Of a stretch of DNA of 64,000 bases, positions 10,781-24,643 are shown piece by piece. The position numbers and the translations under genes are program-made. A model generated the notes under the pieces. The model was not told the origin of the DNA and did no database searches. It worked only from the letters and a program-made list of their open reading frames with translations. The DNA comes from an uncultured delta proteobacterium (GTDB lineage Bacteria > Myxococcota_A > Polyangia > Palsa-1104), in contig CAWAWS010000035.1 of the NCBI GenBank assembly GCA_963785725.1, forward strand, positions 32,001 to 96,000, given 5' to 3'. How positions within the stretch are numbered: position 1 is the stretch's first letter; every line of letters starts with the position of its first letter.

Positions 10781-11755
10781 CCGCGCTGGAGGAGCTTGGC
10801 CGCTTCGAGGGCGTGATAGGTGAGGATCATGTCGGCGCCGGCGCGCTTGATCGACGTCAAGCGTCTCGAGGACGGCGCGATCGTGGTCGATCCAGCCGTT
10901 GGCGGCGGCCGCTTTGAGCATCGCGTACTCGCCGGAGACGTTGTAGGCGGCGACGGGCAGATCGATCTCGTCGCGCACGCGCGCGATGACGTCGAGGTAC
11001 GCGAGCGCCGGCTTGACCATGATGATGTCGGCGCCTTCGGCGACGTCCATCGTCACTTCGCGGATGGCTTCGTGGCCGTTGGCGGGATCCATCTGGTAGC
11101 TCTTGCGATCGCCGAAGTCGGCCGCGGTGCCGGCGGCCTCGCGGAACGGGCCGTAAAAACAGGACGCGTATTTGGCCGAGTAGGCCATGATCGGCAGCTG
11201 CTCGAAGCCGTCTTCGTCGAGCGACTCGCGCAGCCAGCCGACGTAGCCGTCCATCATGCCCGACGGCGCGATGATGTCGGCGCCGGCGCGGCCTTGCGAC
11301 AGCACGACGCGGCTCAAGTTCTCGAGCGTGGCGTCGTTGTCGACTTCGCCTTCGACGACGACGCCGCAGTGGCCGTGCGTCGTGTACTCGTCGAAGCAGG
11401 CGTCGAGGATGACGGTGAGCTTGGGGCACGCTTTTTTGATGGCGCGCGTCGCCTGCTGCACGAGGCCGTCGTCGTTCCAGGCCTCGGAGCCGACGGCGTC
11501 CTTCTTGTCGGGCACGCCGAACAGGATGACCGCGGGAACGCCCAGCGCGACGCACTTTTGCGCCTCGATGACCGCTTCGTCGACGGAGACTTGCGACTGG
11601 CCGGGCAACGACGCGATCGGCTTGCGCTGGCCTTTGCCGGGGATGATGAACAGCGGCAGGATGAAGTCGCCGGCGTCGAGCTGCGTCTCACGAACCAGGC
11701 GGCGCAGCGACTCCGAACGACGCATGCGGCGCGGACGATATTCGGGGAATTGCAT
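10777..11755 (-). CDS. hemB: Porphobilinogen synthase (delta-aminolevulinate dehydratase), one frameshift near 10860
   Basis: RPRRMR, HGHCG, APSGMMDG, YSAKYAS, YGPFREA, MVKP, AYNVSGEYAM; removing one base restores ...SIKRAGADMILTYHA...stop at 10777. Confidence 0.96.
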
Positions 11756-11766
11756 GACGAAAGAGG

Positions 11767-13221
11767 CTACTCCAACTTCGCTACGGCGTCGATGAGCGCC
11801 GGCAGATCGGGCGTCGCCGCGGTGACGATTGTGGGGAGGCCGAGCTCGCGCAACGCGGCGGCCGTCGTGTCGCCGATGGCGCCGAGCCGCACGTTCTCGA
11901 GCGCCGCTTTGCCCGCGAGGTCGACGAACGCGCGCGCGCCGCGCGGCGACGTGAACGCGATGGCGTCGAACGGGCGCACGCGATGCTCCTTGAGCGCGGC
12001 GGCGAGCGCGGCGTCGTCGCGCACGCTGTCATAGGCGGCGACGGCGTCGACGCGCCAGCCGGCGGCGATGAGCGCGTCGGCGAGCTCGGGACGGCCGTCG
12101 TCGGCGCCGAAGAGCAACGCCGGCCCGCCCGCGCCGCCGTCGACGAGCGCGTGCGCCAGCGCCGCGCCGCCGGCGTCACCGACGAAATCGGCGCGCAGCC
12201 CGCGTCCGGCCAAGCGTTCGGCGGTCGCGGCGCCGACGGCCGCCAGCTGCACGCCGGCAAACGCGCGCGCGTCGCGACCGAGCGCGGCCAGCGCGCCCGC
12301 GACGGAGTCGACCGCGTGGGCGCTGGCGAACGCGAGCGTGCGCACGCCGTCGAGCCGACCGAGCGCGGCCTTGACGTCGGCGAAGCGCGGCACGATCGTC
12401 AGCGGCGACACGACGCGCACGTCGAGCTCGGGACGCGTATTGGGCGCCGCTTTCGTCGTCAGCAGCAAGATGCGCCGCCGCTGCTCGAACCAGCTGATCC
12501 GCTGCCGCAAATTGACGACGGGACCGATGATCGTCAAGGCCGGCGGCTGCACGTCGGCGGCGCGCGCGATGGCCGCGATGGTGCCGATGGTGCCGGTGAT
12601 GACGCGCTGTCGCGCCGTCGTGCCGCGCTCGACGAGCGCCACCGGCTCCGACGCCGCGCGCCCGGCGGCCACGAGCCGCGCCATGACCGCATCCAACCGC
12701 GAGACGCTCATATAAAGGACGAGCGTGCCGGCGGCGTGCGCCAGCTCCGACCAGGCGATGGCGCCCGAGTCTTTGTCTTCCGTCTCCTGCCCGGTGGCGA
12801 ACGCGACGGCGCCGGCCAGGCCACGATGCGTGAGCGGAATGCCGGCATAGGCCGGCGCAGCGACGGCGGCGGTGACGCCGGGAACGACCGCGAACGGAAT
12901 GCCTGCGGCGACTAGGGCTTCCGCTTCTTCGCCGCCGCGACCGAAGACGAAGGGATCGCCGCCTTTGAGGCGCACGACGATCTGCCCGCGCAGGCCACGG
13001 TCGACCAGGAGACGATTGATCTCGTCCTGATCGAGGCCGTCGCGGCGCGCCGGGCGGACGATCAGCTCGGCCGTCGCCGGCGCGTGGCGCGCCAGGATCT
13101 CGGGCGCGACCAGGCGATCGGCGACGATGACCTCGGCGCGCGCCAGGCATTCCACGGCGCGCAACGTAATGAGACCGGGATCTCCTGGCCCGGCACCGAC
13201 GAGATAAACAAATCCTGGCAC
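11767..13221 (-). CDS. cobA-hemD: Fused uroporphyrinogen-III C-methyltransferase / uroporphyrinogen-III synthase
   Basis: VYLVGAGPGDPGLIT, RLKGGDPFVFGRGGEE, GIPLTHR; C-terminal HemD-like FASAHAV, AVGAATA, FTSPRG, AIGDTTA. Confidence 0.93.
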   Translation of the reverse strand: MPGFVYLVGAGPGDPGLITLRAVECLARAEVIVADRLVAPEILARHAPATAELIVRPARRDGLDQDEINRLLVDRGLRGQIVVRLKGGDPFVFGRGGEEAEALVAAGIPFAVVPGVTAAVAAPAYAGIPLTHRGLAGAVAFATGQETEDKDSGAIAWSELAHAAGTLVLYMSVSRLDAVMARLVAAGRAASEPVALVERGTTARQRVITGTIGTIAAIARAADVQPPALTIIGPVVNLRQRISWFEQRRRILLLTTKAAPNTRPELDVRVVSPLTIVPRFADVKAALGRLDGVRTLAFASAHAVDSVAGALAALGRDARAFAGVQLAAVGAATAERLAGRGLRADFVGDAGGAALAHALVDGGAGGPALLFGADDGRPELADALIAAGWRVDAVAAYDSVRDDAALAAALKEHRVRPFDAIAFTSPRGARAFVDLAGKAALENVRLGAIGDTTAAALRELGLPTIVTAATPDLPALIDAVAKLE

Positions 13222-13226
13222 TTTCC

Positions 13227-13236
13227 TGGTATACCA
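13227..13236. promoter_or_regulatory. Palindromic bidirectional extended -10 element
   Basis: TGGTATACCA perfect palindrome; TATACC lies 6 nt before GTG starts on both strands (13221 minus, 13242 plus). Confidence 0.6.
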
Positions 13237-13241
13237 TCGCC

Positions 13242-13688
13242 GTGAAAATGGTGTTGTTCGCGGTCATGCTCGCCGCCGCCGGCTGTCGTCAAACTCAGCC
13301 TCGGCAGCAAGGCAGCGAGCCCGAAGTCATCCTCTCGACGCGCGCCGGCGAACAGCATGTTCGCGTCGAGGTCGCGCGCACCGACGACGAGCGCCATCTC
13401 GGGCTCATGTATCGCCAGTCGCTCGAAGGCGGCCGCGGCATGATCTTTTTGTGGGATCATCCGGAGCCGATGAAGTTTTGGATGAAGAACACCTATATCC
13501 CGCTGGACATGGTGTTCATCAACGCCGATAAGCACGTCATCTTCATCGAGGAGAACGCCGAGCCGCTGACGCTGCAGACGCGTGGCCCCGACGAGGATTC
13601 GCAGTTCGTCTTGGAAGTGCCGGGAGGCTGGGCGCGTGCGCACGGCATCGAGCGCGGCACGTCCGTTCGCTTCAAGGATATCGACTAG
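13242..13688 (+). CDS. DUF192-family lipoprotein
   Basis: Lipobox AAGC; VEVART...GLMYR...GMIF...[15 protein letters not shown]...VLEVPGG. Confidence 0.9.
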   Translation: MKMVLFAVMLAAAGCRQTQPRQQGSEPEVILSTRAGEQHVRVEVARTDDERHLGLMYRQSLEGGRGMIFLWDHPEPMKFWMKNTYIPLDMVFINADKHVIFIEENAEPLTLQTRGPDEDSQFVLEVPGGWARAHGIERGTSVRFKDID

Positions 13689-13701
13689 TGACTGGAGGAG
13701 A

Positions 13702-14433
13702 ATGATGCGCACCGCAATCGTAGTTGCTCTTGCAAGCCTGAGCGCGCCCGCGTTCGCCGATACGGCGGCCGGCGGCGCCGATCCCATTGCCGGCGGTACC
13801 ATCTCGATCGAGGACGCCACCAAGGGCTTGAAGGGCACCGGCCCGCTGACGGCGAAGATCGATGTCGAGCAGTCGGGCAAGGCGCTCGGCAGCTTCAGCT
13901 GCGAATTGTTCGACAAGCAGACGCCGAAGACGGTGGCCAACTTCGTCGGCCTCGCGCGCGGCACGCGTCCGTGGAAAGATCCGAAGACGCAGGAGTGGGT
14001 CAAGAAGCCGCTCTACGACGGCCTCGTCTTCCACCGCGTCATCCCCGAGTTCATGATTCAGGGCGGCGATCCCAAGGGTGACGGCACCGGCGATCCCGGC
14101 TACTCGTTCGGCGACGAGATCGTCGACGAGCTGAAGATGGACAAGGGCGGCATCTTGGCGATGGCCAACCGCGGTCCCGGCACCAACGGCTCGCAGTTCT
14201 TCATCACCGAGAAGCCGACGCCGTGGCTGACCGGTCGCCACACGATCTTCGGGCAGTGCACGCCGCTCGATCTCGAGATGAAGATCGCGCGCGTGCCGTC
14301 GTCGCCGCGGGGCAACGTGCCGAACGAGCCGGTCAAGATCAAGAAGATCACCATCACGCGCGGCGCGGCCAAGGCGGCGACGAAGACGGCCAAGGCGCCC
14401 AAAGCGGCGAAGCCGGCGGCGGCGACGGAATAA
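13702..14433 (+). CDS. Exported cyclophilin-type peptidyl-prolyl cis-trans isomerase
   Basis: [57 protein letters not shown]. Confidence 0.96.
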   Translation: MMRTAIVVALASLSAPAFADTAAGGADPIAGGTISIEDATKGLKGTGPLTAKIDVEQSGKALGSFSCELFDKQTPKTVANFVGLARGTRPWKDPKTQEWVKKPLYDGLVFHRVIPEFMIQGGDPKGDGTGDPGYSFGDEIVDELKMDKGGILAMANRGPGTNGSQFFITEKPTPWLTGRHTIFGQCTPLDLEMKIARVPSSPRGNVPNEPVKIKKITITRGAAKAATKTAKAPKAAKPAAATE

Positions 14434-14954
14434 TGCGCGTCCGGCTCTTCGTAGCGGCGGCGACTTTGGCGGCGGCGTTCGGCGCCGGCGCCGAGGAGCC
14501 GAAGCGCTACGAAGGGCCGTATTTCACCTTCGATTACCCGGCGAGCGCCAAAGCGACGCCGTCGAGCGATCCGACGGCCGAAGGCGCCGTCACCGTTAGT
14601 GATAGAAATATCACCGCGGTCGTGTTGGCCGGGCAAAAGCGCATCGCCGACAGCGAGCTCGAGGCGACGGCGTCGACGTGGCACGCGGCGCGGATGAAAA
14701 ATCGCGCCGCGTGGGGCGTCAAAGCCGGCGGCGGCCCGCCGCACGACAACGTGCGCATCGGCGACAAGAGGTGGATGCGCTGGCGCGATCGCCTCGGCAG
14801 CGTGCTCGGCGCGCAAGAGCAGTCGATGACCTGCGGCGGCATCAACGGCCATCTCGGCTGCGTCCTCGTGACGGCGCCGGAAGCCGAACGCGAGGCCGGC
14901 GATGCTTATGCCGCCGAGCTCCTCAAGTCGTTCGTCATTCATCGCCCGCGTTGA
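14433..14954 (+). CDS. Hypothetical exported protein
   Basis: TAATG coupling to the cyclophilin gene; signal peptide; GC3-rich codons. Confidence 0.65.
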   Translation: MRVRLFVAAATLAAAFGAGAEEPKRYEGPYFTFDYPASAKATPSSDPTAEGAVTVSDRNITAVVLAGQKRIADSELEATASTWHAARMKNRAAWGVKAGGGPPHDNVRIGDKRWMRWRDRLGSVLGAQEQSMTCGGINGHLGCVLVTAPEAEREAGDAYAAELLKSFVIHRPR

Positions 14955-14994
14955 CGTCGCGGACTTCACGCTGAACGCTTACGGCGACTAAGGA

Positions 14995-15540
14995 TTACGA
15001 CTCGTCTTTGTCGTGATCCTTCTCGTGCTTCTTCTTGTCGTCTTTGTCTTTATGCCGCTTGAACGACATGCGTCCGACTTTGATGTCCGACTTCACGCCG
15101 CCGATCGCCTCGTCGTTGGGGATGAAGCGAATCTCGGTCTTGATCTCGAACGACAACGACGTCAGCAGCTTCTGCATTTCGCCGGAGATGTTGACGCTCT
15201 CCAAGAAGCCGCGGATCTCTTTGCCGACGACGCGCAACAGCTCGTCCTTCGACGACGCCGCCTGCTGGATCAGATAATTCGCGACATCTTTGGGCAGCTT
15301 CAGATCGGACGCGAGCTTGCGAATGCCCTCTTCCGTCGTGAACACGGCGCCGAGCCCGGCGTAAAACGTGCGCCGCACGATGTCGGGGATGAGGTTCTCG
15401 AGCCGCCCGCGGCGCGCTTCGGAGTGCGGCAGATCTTCCGCGTGCGGCGACGCCTGGCGCGCGTCGTCGTCGAGCGGCGGAACCTCGGACTCTCGCGGCG
15501 CCTCCTCGTCGGAGCGCGGCTGATCGTCGCCGTTGGACAT
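14995..15540 (-). CDS. Conserved hypothetical protein with phasin-like N-terminal helix
   Basis: IVRRTFYAGLGAVFTTEE resembles PhaF/PhaI-type granule-associated proteins; the function is an inference. Confidence 0.6.
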   Translation of the reverse strand: MSNGDDQPRSDEEAPRESEVPPLDDDARQASPHAEDLPHSEARRGRLENLIPDIVRRTFYAGLGAVFTTEEGIRKLASDLKLPKDVANYLIQQAASSKDELLRVVGKEIRGFLESVNISGEMQKLLTSLSFEIKTEIRFIPNDEAIGGVKSDIKVGRMSFKRHKDKDDKKKHEKDHDKDES

Positions 15541-15587
15541 GTCGTCGACATTACCGCAATTCCGAGTCGATGTTAGAATTTCGCCCG

Positions 15588-17339
<1,752 letters not shown>

Positions 17340-17389
17340 CGCCGCCATAACCGATATTATAATTTACGATTGATAACGAGTTTCGCGGA

Positions 17390-18922
17390 TTAACGAAGCG
17401 AGGACGTCGGCGTCGAGCCGGCCGGCGACGCCGACAGCAGCGACTTGCGGATGCGCTCGACCGACGCGCGCGCCGCCGACAGATCGGAGTCGTCGAGCGG
17501 CACCGAGTTCCACGCGCGCAGCGCCGACGCGCTGCCGTTCGTCGCCAGCGCCGACGCCACGCCGCGATCGAAGCGCTGCGCGACCTCCTCGGCGTGACGC
17601 GAGAGCGCGCGACGATAGGCGGCCAACGCCGCGCCATATTGCCGCAGCCGCTCGGCGCTGGGCGTGGCCGCGCTCGAACGCTCGAAGGGATCGACGATGT
17701 CGTCGCCCGCGCCGGCGTGAAACGGATCCTTCAAGTCGTGCAAGTTGGTGCGCGTAAACGGATCCATCAGCCGCAGATCGTCGTCGCTCGGCGGCAGCAC
17801 CGCGTCGCGCTTGAGCTCGCGGTCGAGCTTCTCGCGCGCCGCCGCGTCGTCGCTCGTCGCCTTGTCTTCCAGCTTGCCGCTCGACGAGTGCACCGGCGCC
17901 GGCGCTTGCATCGCCTCCAGCGCCTGCAGCTCGGCGCGCGCTTTTTCGACCCACTTCTGCTCGTCCGGCCGCCGCTCCATGCCGACGTATTTCTGGAACG
18001 CGCCGATGGCGCTCGACGTATCGCCGAGCGCCTTCAACGTCTGCCCGAGCCCGTAATACGGATCGGGATCGTCGGGCTTGAGCTTGATGTACTGCCGATA
18101 TGCGTCGGCCGAGTCGCGCCAACGCTCGGCCTTGCGCAGCGCGTGCGCCTGGTTGTACCAGCCGAGCGCGTAGCTCGGGTCGCGCTGCGTCGCCGCCGCG
18201 AACGCCTGCGCCGCGTCGCTGTACTGCTTGAGCGCGAAGTAGGTGTTGCCCAAATCGTTACAGAGATCGAGGTTCCCCGGATCGGCTGCGATGGCGCGCT
18301 TGTAGGCTGGCACGGCTTCGGCCCACTTGTTCTGCGCGCGCAGCTCGTCGGCTTTGGCGCGCAAGGCCGCCGCGTCGTTGCCGCCGCCCGCCGCCGGCAC
18401 GTGATCGTTCGTCACCGTCGTCGGCGCCGCCGCCGCCGTGTCCGACGTGCCCGACAGCTTCGACAGCTCGGCCCAGGCCTCGTCCACGAAGCGCTGCTTG
18501 GCCGGCGCTTTCTCGATGGCGACGTACTTCTGATAGGCCGCGACCGCGCCTTTGCTGTCGCCGAGCCCTTGCAGCGCCGCGCCCAGCCCGAAGTAGGTGT
18601 CCGAGCGCGACGGATTGAGCGCGATGTAACGGCGATAATAGTCGGCCGCGTCCGCCCACTCCTTCTTCGCGCGATAGGCATAGGCCAGCTTGTAATAGCC
18701 CTCGGGATAATCGGGCACGCGGGCGACGGTGATCTTCAGCCGGCGAATGGCGTCGTCGTAGCGCTTCTGCTTGAGGGCGGCGGCGGCGAACGCGTCGCAA
18801 GCCTTCATGTCGTCGGGATGCGCCTCGGCGACGCGCCCGAGATCATCGAGCTCATCGGCGAGCGCGGGCGCCGCGACCGAGGTGAACAGAGCGAACGCGA
18901 GCGATGGTGCGAGAACGCGCAT
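17390..18922 (-). CDS. Exported TPR-repeat protein
   Basis: Signal peptide; two blocks of TPRs (YYKLAYAY, YFGLGAAL, YYGLGQTL). Confidence 0.88.
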   Translation of the reverse strand: MRVLAPSLAFALFTSVAAPALADELDDLGRVAEAHPDDMKACDAFAAAALKQKRYDDAIRRLKITVARVPDYPEGYYKLAYAYRAKKEWADAADYYRRYIALNPSRSDTYFGLGAALQGLGDSKGAVAAYQKYVAIEKAPAKQRFVDEAWAELSKLSGTSDTAAAAPTTVTNDHVPAAGGGNDAAALRAKADELRAQNKWAEAVPAYKRAIAADPGNLDLCNDLGNTYFALKQYSDAAQAFAAATQRDPSYALGWYNQAHALRKAERWRDSADAYRQYIKLKPDDPDPYYGLGQTLKALGDTSSAIGAFQKYVGMERRPDEQKWVEKARAELQALEAMQAPAPVHSSSGKLEDKATSDDAAAREKLDRELKRDAVLPPSDDDLRLMDPFTRTNLHDLKDPFHAGAGDDIVDPFERSSAATPSAERLRQYGAALAAYRRALSRHAEEVAQRFDRGVASALATNGSASALRAWNSVPLDDSDLSAARASVERIRKSLLSASPAGSTPTSSLR

Positions 18923-19004
18923 GAAAAGACTGTATCACCGGCCGCAAAGCCGCGACAGGGACGCCGATCACGACGTCAGACGCAAATGTAGGATTCGAGT
19001 CGGG

Positions 19005-20177
19005 TTACAGGCGTTCGAGGATGGTGCAGGTGGCCTGGCCGAAGCCGATGCACATCGTCTGCAGGCCATATTTGACGTCGCGCTTCTCCATCTCGTTGAG
19101 CAGCGTCGTCATGAGCCGCGCGCCCGACGCGCCCAGCGGATGGCCGAGCGCGATGGCGCCGCCGTTGACGTTGACGTTGTCGAGCTTCCAGCCGAGCTCC
19201 TTCGACCACGCCAGCACCACCGACGCGAACGCCTCGTTGATCTCGACGAGCCCGATGTCCGACGGCTTCAAATTGGCCTTCGCCAACGCCTTTTGCGTCG
19301 CCGGGATCACGCCGTGCAGCATCATCGTCGGGTCGACGCCGGCCACCGTCATCATCTTCACCCGCGCCCGCGGCTTCAGCCCGAGCTGCTTGGCCTTCTC
19401 GCTCGACGTCACCAAGAGCGCCGCCGCGCCGTCCGAAATCTGCGACGCCGTGCCGGCCGTCACCACGCCGTCCGGCTTGACGACGCCTTTGAGCCCCGCC
19501 AGCTTCTCCAGCGTCGTGTCGGGACGAATGCCCTCGTCCTGGTCGAACACGTGCTCCGAGCCGTCGGCCGCCTTGACCGTCAGCGGCGCGATCTCATCGC
19601 GAAAGCGGCCCTGCTCGCGCGCCTTGGCCGCTCGCGTGTGGCTCTCGAGCGCCAGCTCCTCACACTGCAGCCGCGAAATCCCCCACTTCTCCGCGATCAT
19701 CTCCGCCGATTGATGCTGCGGCACGAAGGTGAACTTGTCGTTGAACATGGGCGAAAACGGGAACGTCGGCGCCACGCCGGGCACGCCCATCGCGCCGTCC
19801 GAGCCCATCGGAATGCGCGTCATCGACTCGACGCCACAGGCGACGACCGCGTCCATCATGCCCGTCATGACCGCCTGCGCGGCGAAGTGGAACGCCTGCT
19901 GCGAGCTGCCACACTGCCGATTCACCGTCGTGCCGGTGACTTCGATCGGATAGCCGGCCATGAGCGCGGCCGTGCGCGCGACGTTGAAGCCCTGCTCGCC
20001 GATCTGCGTGACACAGCCGGCGATGACGTCGTCGATCTCTTTCGGATCGACCTTCACCCGCGCCGCCAGCGACTGCAGGATGAGCGCGAGCAGATCGTCG
20101 GCGCGCGTGTTGGCCAGCGCGCCCTTCTTCTTGCCGATGGCGGAACGTACGGCAGCGACGATGACGGCATCAGACAT
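19005..20177 (-). CDS. Thiolase (acetyl-CoA C-acyltransferase)
   Basis: NRQCGSS, EINEAFA, GGAIALGHPLGASG, MCIGFGQ. Confidence 0.97.
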   Translation of the reverse strand: MSDAVIVAAVRSAIGKKKGALANTRADDLLALILQSLAARVKVDPKEIDDVIAGCVTQIGEQGFNVARTAALMAGYPIEVTGTTVNRQCGSSQQAFHFAAQAVMTGMMDAVVACGVESMTRIPMGSDGAMGVPGVAPTFPFSPMFNDKFTFVPQHQSAEMIAEKWGISRLQCEELALESHTRAAKAREQGRFRDEIAPLTVKAADGSEHVFDQDEGIRPDTTLEKLAGLKGVVKPDGVVTAGTASQISDGAAALLVTSSEKAKQLGLKPRARVKMMTVAGVDPTMMLHGVIPATQKALAKANLKPSDIGLVEINEAFASVVLAWSKELGWKLDNVNVNGGAIALGHPLGASGARLMTTLLNEMEKRDVKYGLQTMCIGFGQATCTILERL

Positions 20178-20213
20178 GACGAGCTCCTGGGTTCGAAGGA
20201 AATGGACCCGTCG

Positions 20214-20242
20214 ACTGTACTGACTGAGCGGTCATTCGTCAA
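20214..20242 (-). promoter_or_regulatory. Thiolase promoter with an inverted-repeat operator in the spacer
   Basis: TTGACG-17 nt-TACAGT; the spacer contains TGAC-N6-GTCA (20221-20234). Confidence 0.7.
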
Positions 20243-20345
20243 CGCGACCCGCGCCAAACCCGTGTGTGACTGAGTTCTCCGACGCCAAAAACGACGCTGT
20301 GACGAAAGTTGTATCCAATGAAGGAAAATGTACTACAATGTAGGC

Positions 20346-20432
20346 ATGATCTTCGTCTTCGGTAACGTCGCCCTGCTCTTCGTCACCGTCGGTCTCTTCG
20401 TCGCCACCGTGTCGATTAAAAAGCCGCACTGA
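20346..20432 (+). CDS. Putative 28-aa single-TM small protein (MIFVFGNVALLFVTVGLFVATVSIKKPH)
   Basis: Almost all codons end in G/C; hydrophobic core with basic tail; TACAAT 6 nt upstream of the ATG; below the ORF-track cutoff. Confidence 0.55.
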   Translation: MIFVFGNVALLFVTVGLFVATVSIKKPH

Positions 20433-20486
20433 ACTAATTGCGTTGTGCGCTCCTACCGTTAGGCATAAAAAGGGGCGAGGACGACG

Positions 20487-21635
20487 GTGGCCAGCGACGA
20501 TCACGCAGTGCGGCAAGCGGCCGCGTCCAACGGGCGCGCCAACTTGTCACGCGTCGACCACGCCACGCTCGGCGACGTCGAGGCCATGCGCCTCTTGTTA
20601 CGTGGCGCGTCGGTCATCGACTGGCACACGCTGTCGTTTCATGACGGCGCCGAGGTCGATCGTTTTCTCCGGCTGAACGAGTTCGATCCCGAAAACGCCG
20701 AGGACAACGATCGGCTCGAAGAGCTGCGCGCCGACGCCGTCGAGTACCTGACGCGCAACTTCAGCTACCACATCCCCGACGACGTTGCGCATGCGATGCC
20801 GGCGCGCGAGCTATTCCTGTTGGCGTCGTCGCGCGGCAAAAAGCAGGTCTACGCCTGCATCGTCTTGAAGGTGATGCACGTCATGCATCACTTGGCCGGC
20901 CGCGAGTTGCTCTTCAAGCTGCCGGTCTCCGACGACGAAGTGTTCGGCTTCGTCGAGAGCAAGGTCGTCAAGGTGGTCGAGCAGATTCGCGCCGCCGGCT
21001 ATCCGATCGTCGAGTTCGCCTGGAGCCGCAAAGAGCGCGACTCGGTGGTGACGAAGCTGCTGGCGAAGAAGGCGACCATCGCCGCCGACGTCTTCGACAA
21101 GCTGCGCTTTCGCCTCATCACGCGCACGCTCGAGGACTTGCCGGCGGTGCTGCACGAGCTCTTGCATCGGCTGGTGCCGTTCAACTACGTCATTCCGGGC
21201 CAGACCGTGAACGGGATCCTGCCGTTTCGGAAGCTGCTCGAGGTCATGCCGCCGTACGCGCGCTACTCCGACCAGCTGCAGCTCGATCTCGACACCGAAG
21301 AGGTCGAAGCCAGCGGATCGAACGAGTTCTCGGGGCCGACGTATCGCGTGATCAACTTCGTCGCCGACTTGCCGGTGCGGATCGATCAGTTCTTGAATCG
21401 GCTGCCCGACGGCGACAACGAGCTGGGCACGACGATCTTCGTGCTCACCGAATTCCAGGTCATGGACGCGGACACGGCGCGGCAGAACGAAGCCGGCGAC
21501 AACTCGCACGCGAACTACAAGGCGCGCCAGCACGATCGCGTCCGCCTGCGCCTGCGCCAAGGCGAAAAAGGCCTGCGCGAAGCCGCGCTCTCGACGCCGC
21601 CCGCCAACGCCTCCGAAGACGACGACGAAGACTAA
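20487..21635 (+). CDS. TIGR04552-like protein with RelA/SpoT synthetase-type motifs
   Basis: RKERDSVVTK, VFDKLRFRLI, TYRVINF, TEFQVMD and NEAGDNSHANYK are colinear with RSH SYNTH motifs; family name from recall. Confidence 0.75.
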   Translation: MASDDHAVRQAAASNGRANLSRVDHATLGDVEAMRLLLRGASVIDWHTLSFHDGAEVDRFLRLNEFDPENAEDNDRLEELRADAVEYLTRNFSYHIPDDVAHAMPARELFLLASSRGKKQVYACIVLKVMHVMHHLAGRELLFKLPVSDDEVFGFVESKVVKVVEQIRAAGYPIVEFAWSRKERDSVVTKLLAKKATIAADVFDKLRFRLITRTLEDLPAVLHELLHRLVPFNYVIPGQTVNGILPFRKLLEVMPPYARYSDQLQLDLDTEEVEASGSNEFSGPTYRVINFVADLPVRIDQFLNRLPDGDNELGTTIFVLTEFQVMDADTARQNEAGDNSHANYKARQHDRVRLRLRQGEKGLREAALSTPPANASEDDDED

Positions 21636-21668
21636 CCAACCCGCCGTCAATCGCTTCAGGTGAGCCTA

Positions 21669-21697
21669 TGGGCCGCGCAGTAGGTTTCAGGCGTGAC
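21669..21697. repeat. Relic right end of the palindromic element
   Basis: tgggccgcgcagtaggtttcaggcgtgac is nearly identical to 21814-21842. Confidence 0.7.
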
Positions 21698-21702
21698 CGC
21701 CG

Positions 21703-21841
21703 GTAGTCGCGCCTAAAACCGTAGCGAGCAGGCCCAAGCGCAAGGCGGAGCGAGCACCGGAGCGCAGCAGCCTCTTGGCTGTGAGCACCGGAGCGCAGCG
21801 ACAACGCGGCGCTTGGGACGCGCAGTAGGTTTTAGGCGTGA

Positions 21842-21845
<4 letters not shown>
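21703..21845. mobile_element. MITE/REP-like palindromic element (copy A), 18-bp terminal inverted repeats
   Basis: gtagtcgcgcctaaaacc (21703-21720) vs ggttttaggcgtgactac (21828-21845), 17/18 complementary; inner cccaagcgc/gcgcttggg pairing. Confidence 0.75.
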
Positions 21846-24478
<2,633 letters not shown>

Positions 24479-24643
24479 CGGGCTGCGCGCTCCTGCTCAC
24501 GCGTGTGAGCAGCACATCGTATCGCCGCGCCGGACGTGGTCCAAGCGAAATCGTGGCTCACGAGCCCCAATTGGCCGACTGCTAAACGTCACTTCAGTGC
24601 ATGAATGAGCTAGTTGGGGGCGCTTGCCCATGGCTCGCGAGCC

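Noticed and set aside
10592..11755. Apparent HemB-DUF4177 fusion in the ORF track
   Set aside because: One extra base near 10860 creates it; correction restores the normal HemB C-terminus with an ATGA overlap.
17340..17392. AT-rich patch between convergent genes (a similar one at 55493-55520)
   Set aside because: Too short, with no clear repeat, ORF or stem; no function can be supported.
24493..24512. Palindrome ctgctcac-gcgt-gtgagcag upstream of the kinase, sharing GTGAGCA with the repeat family
   Set aside because: Only 7-8 nt are shared and the arms are absent; it may be an operator or UTR hairpin but is not supportable as a family member.
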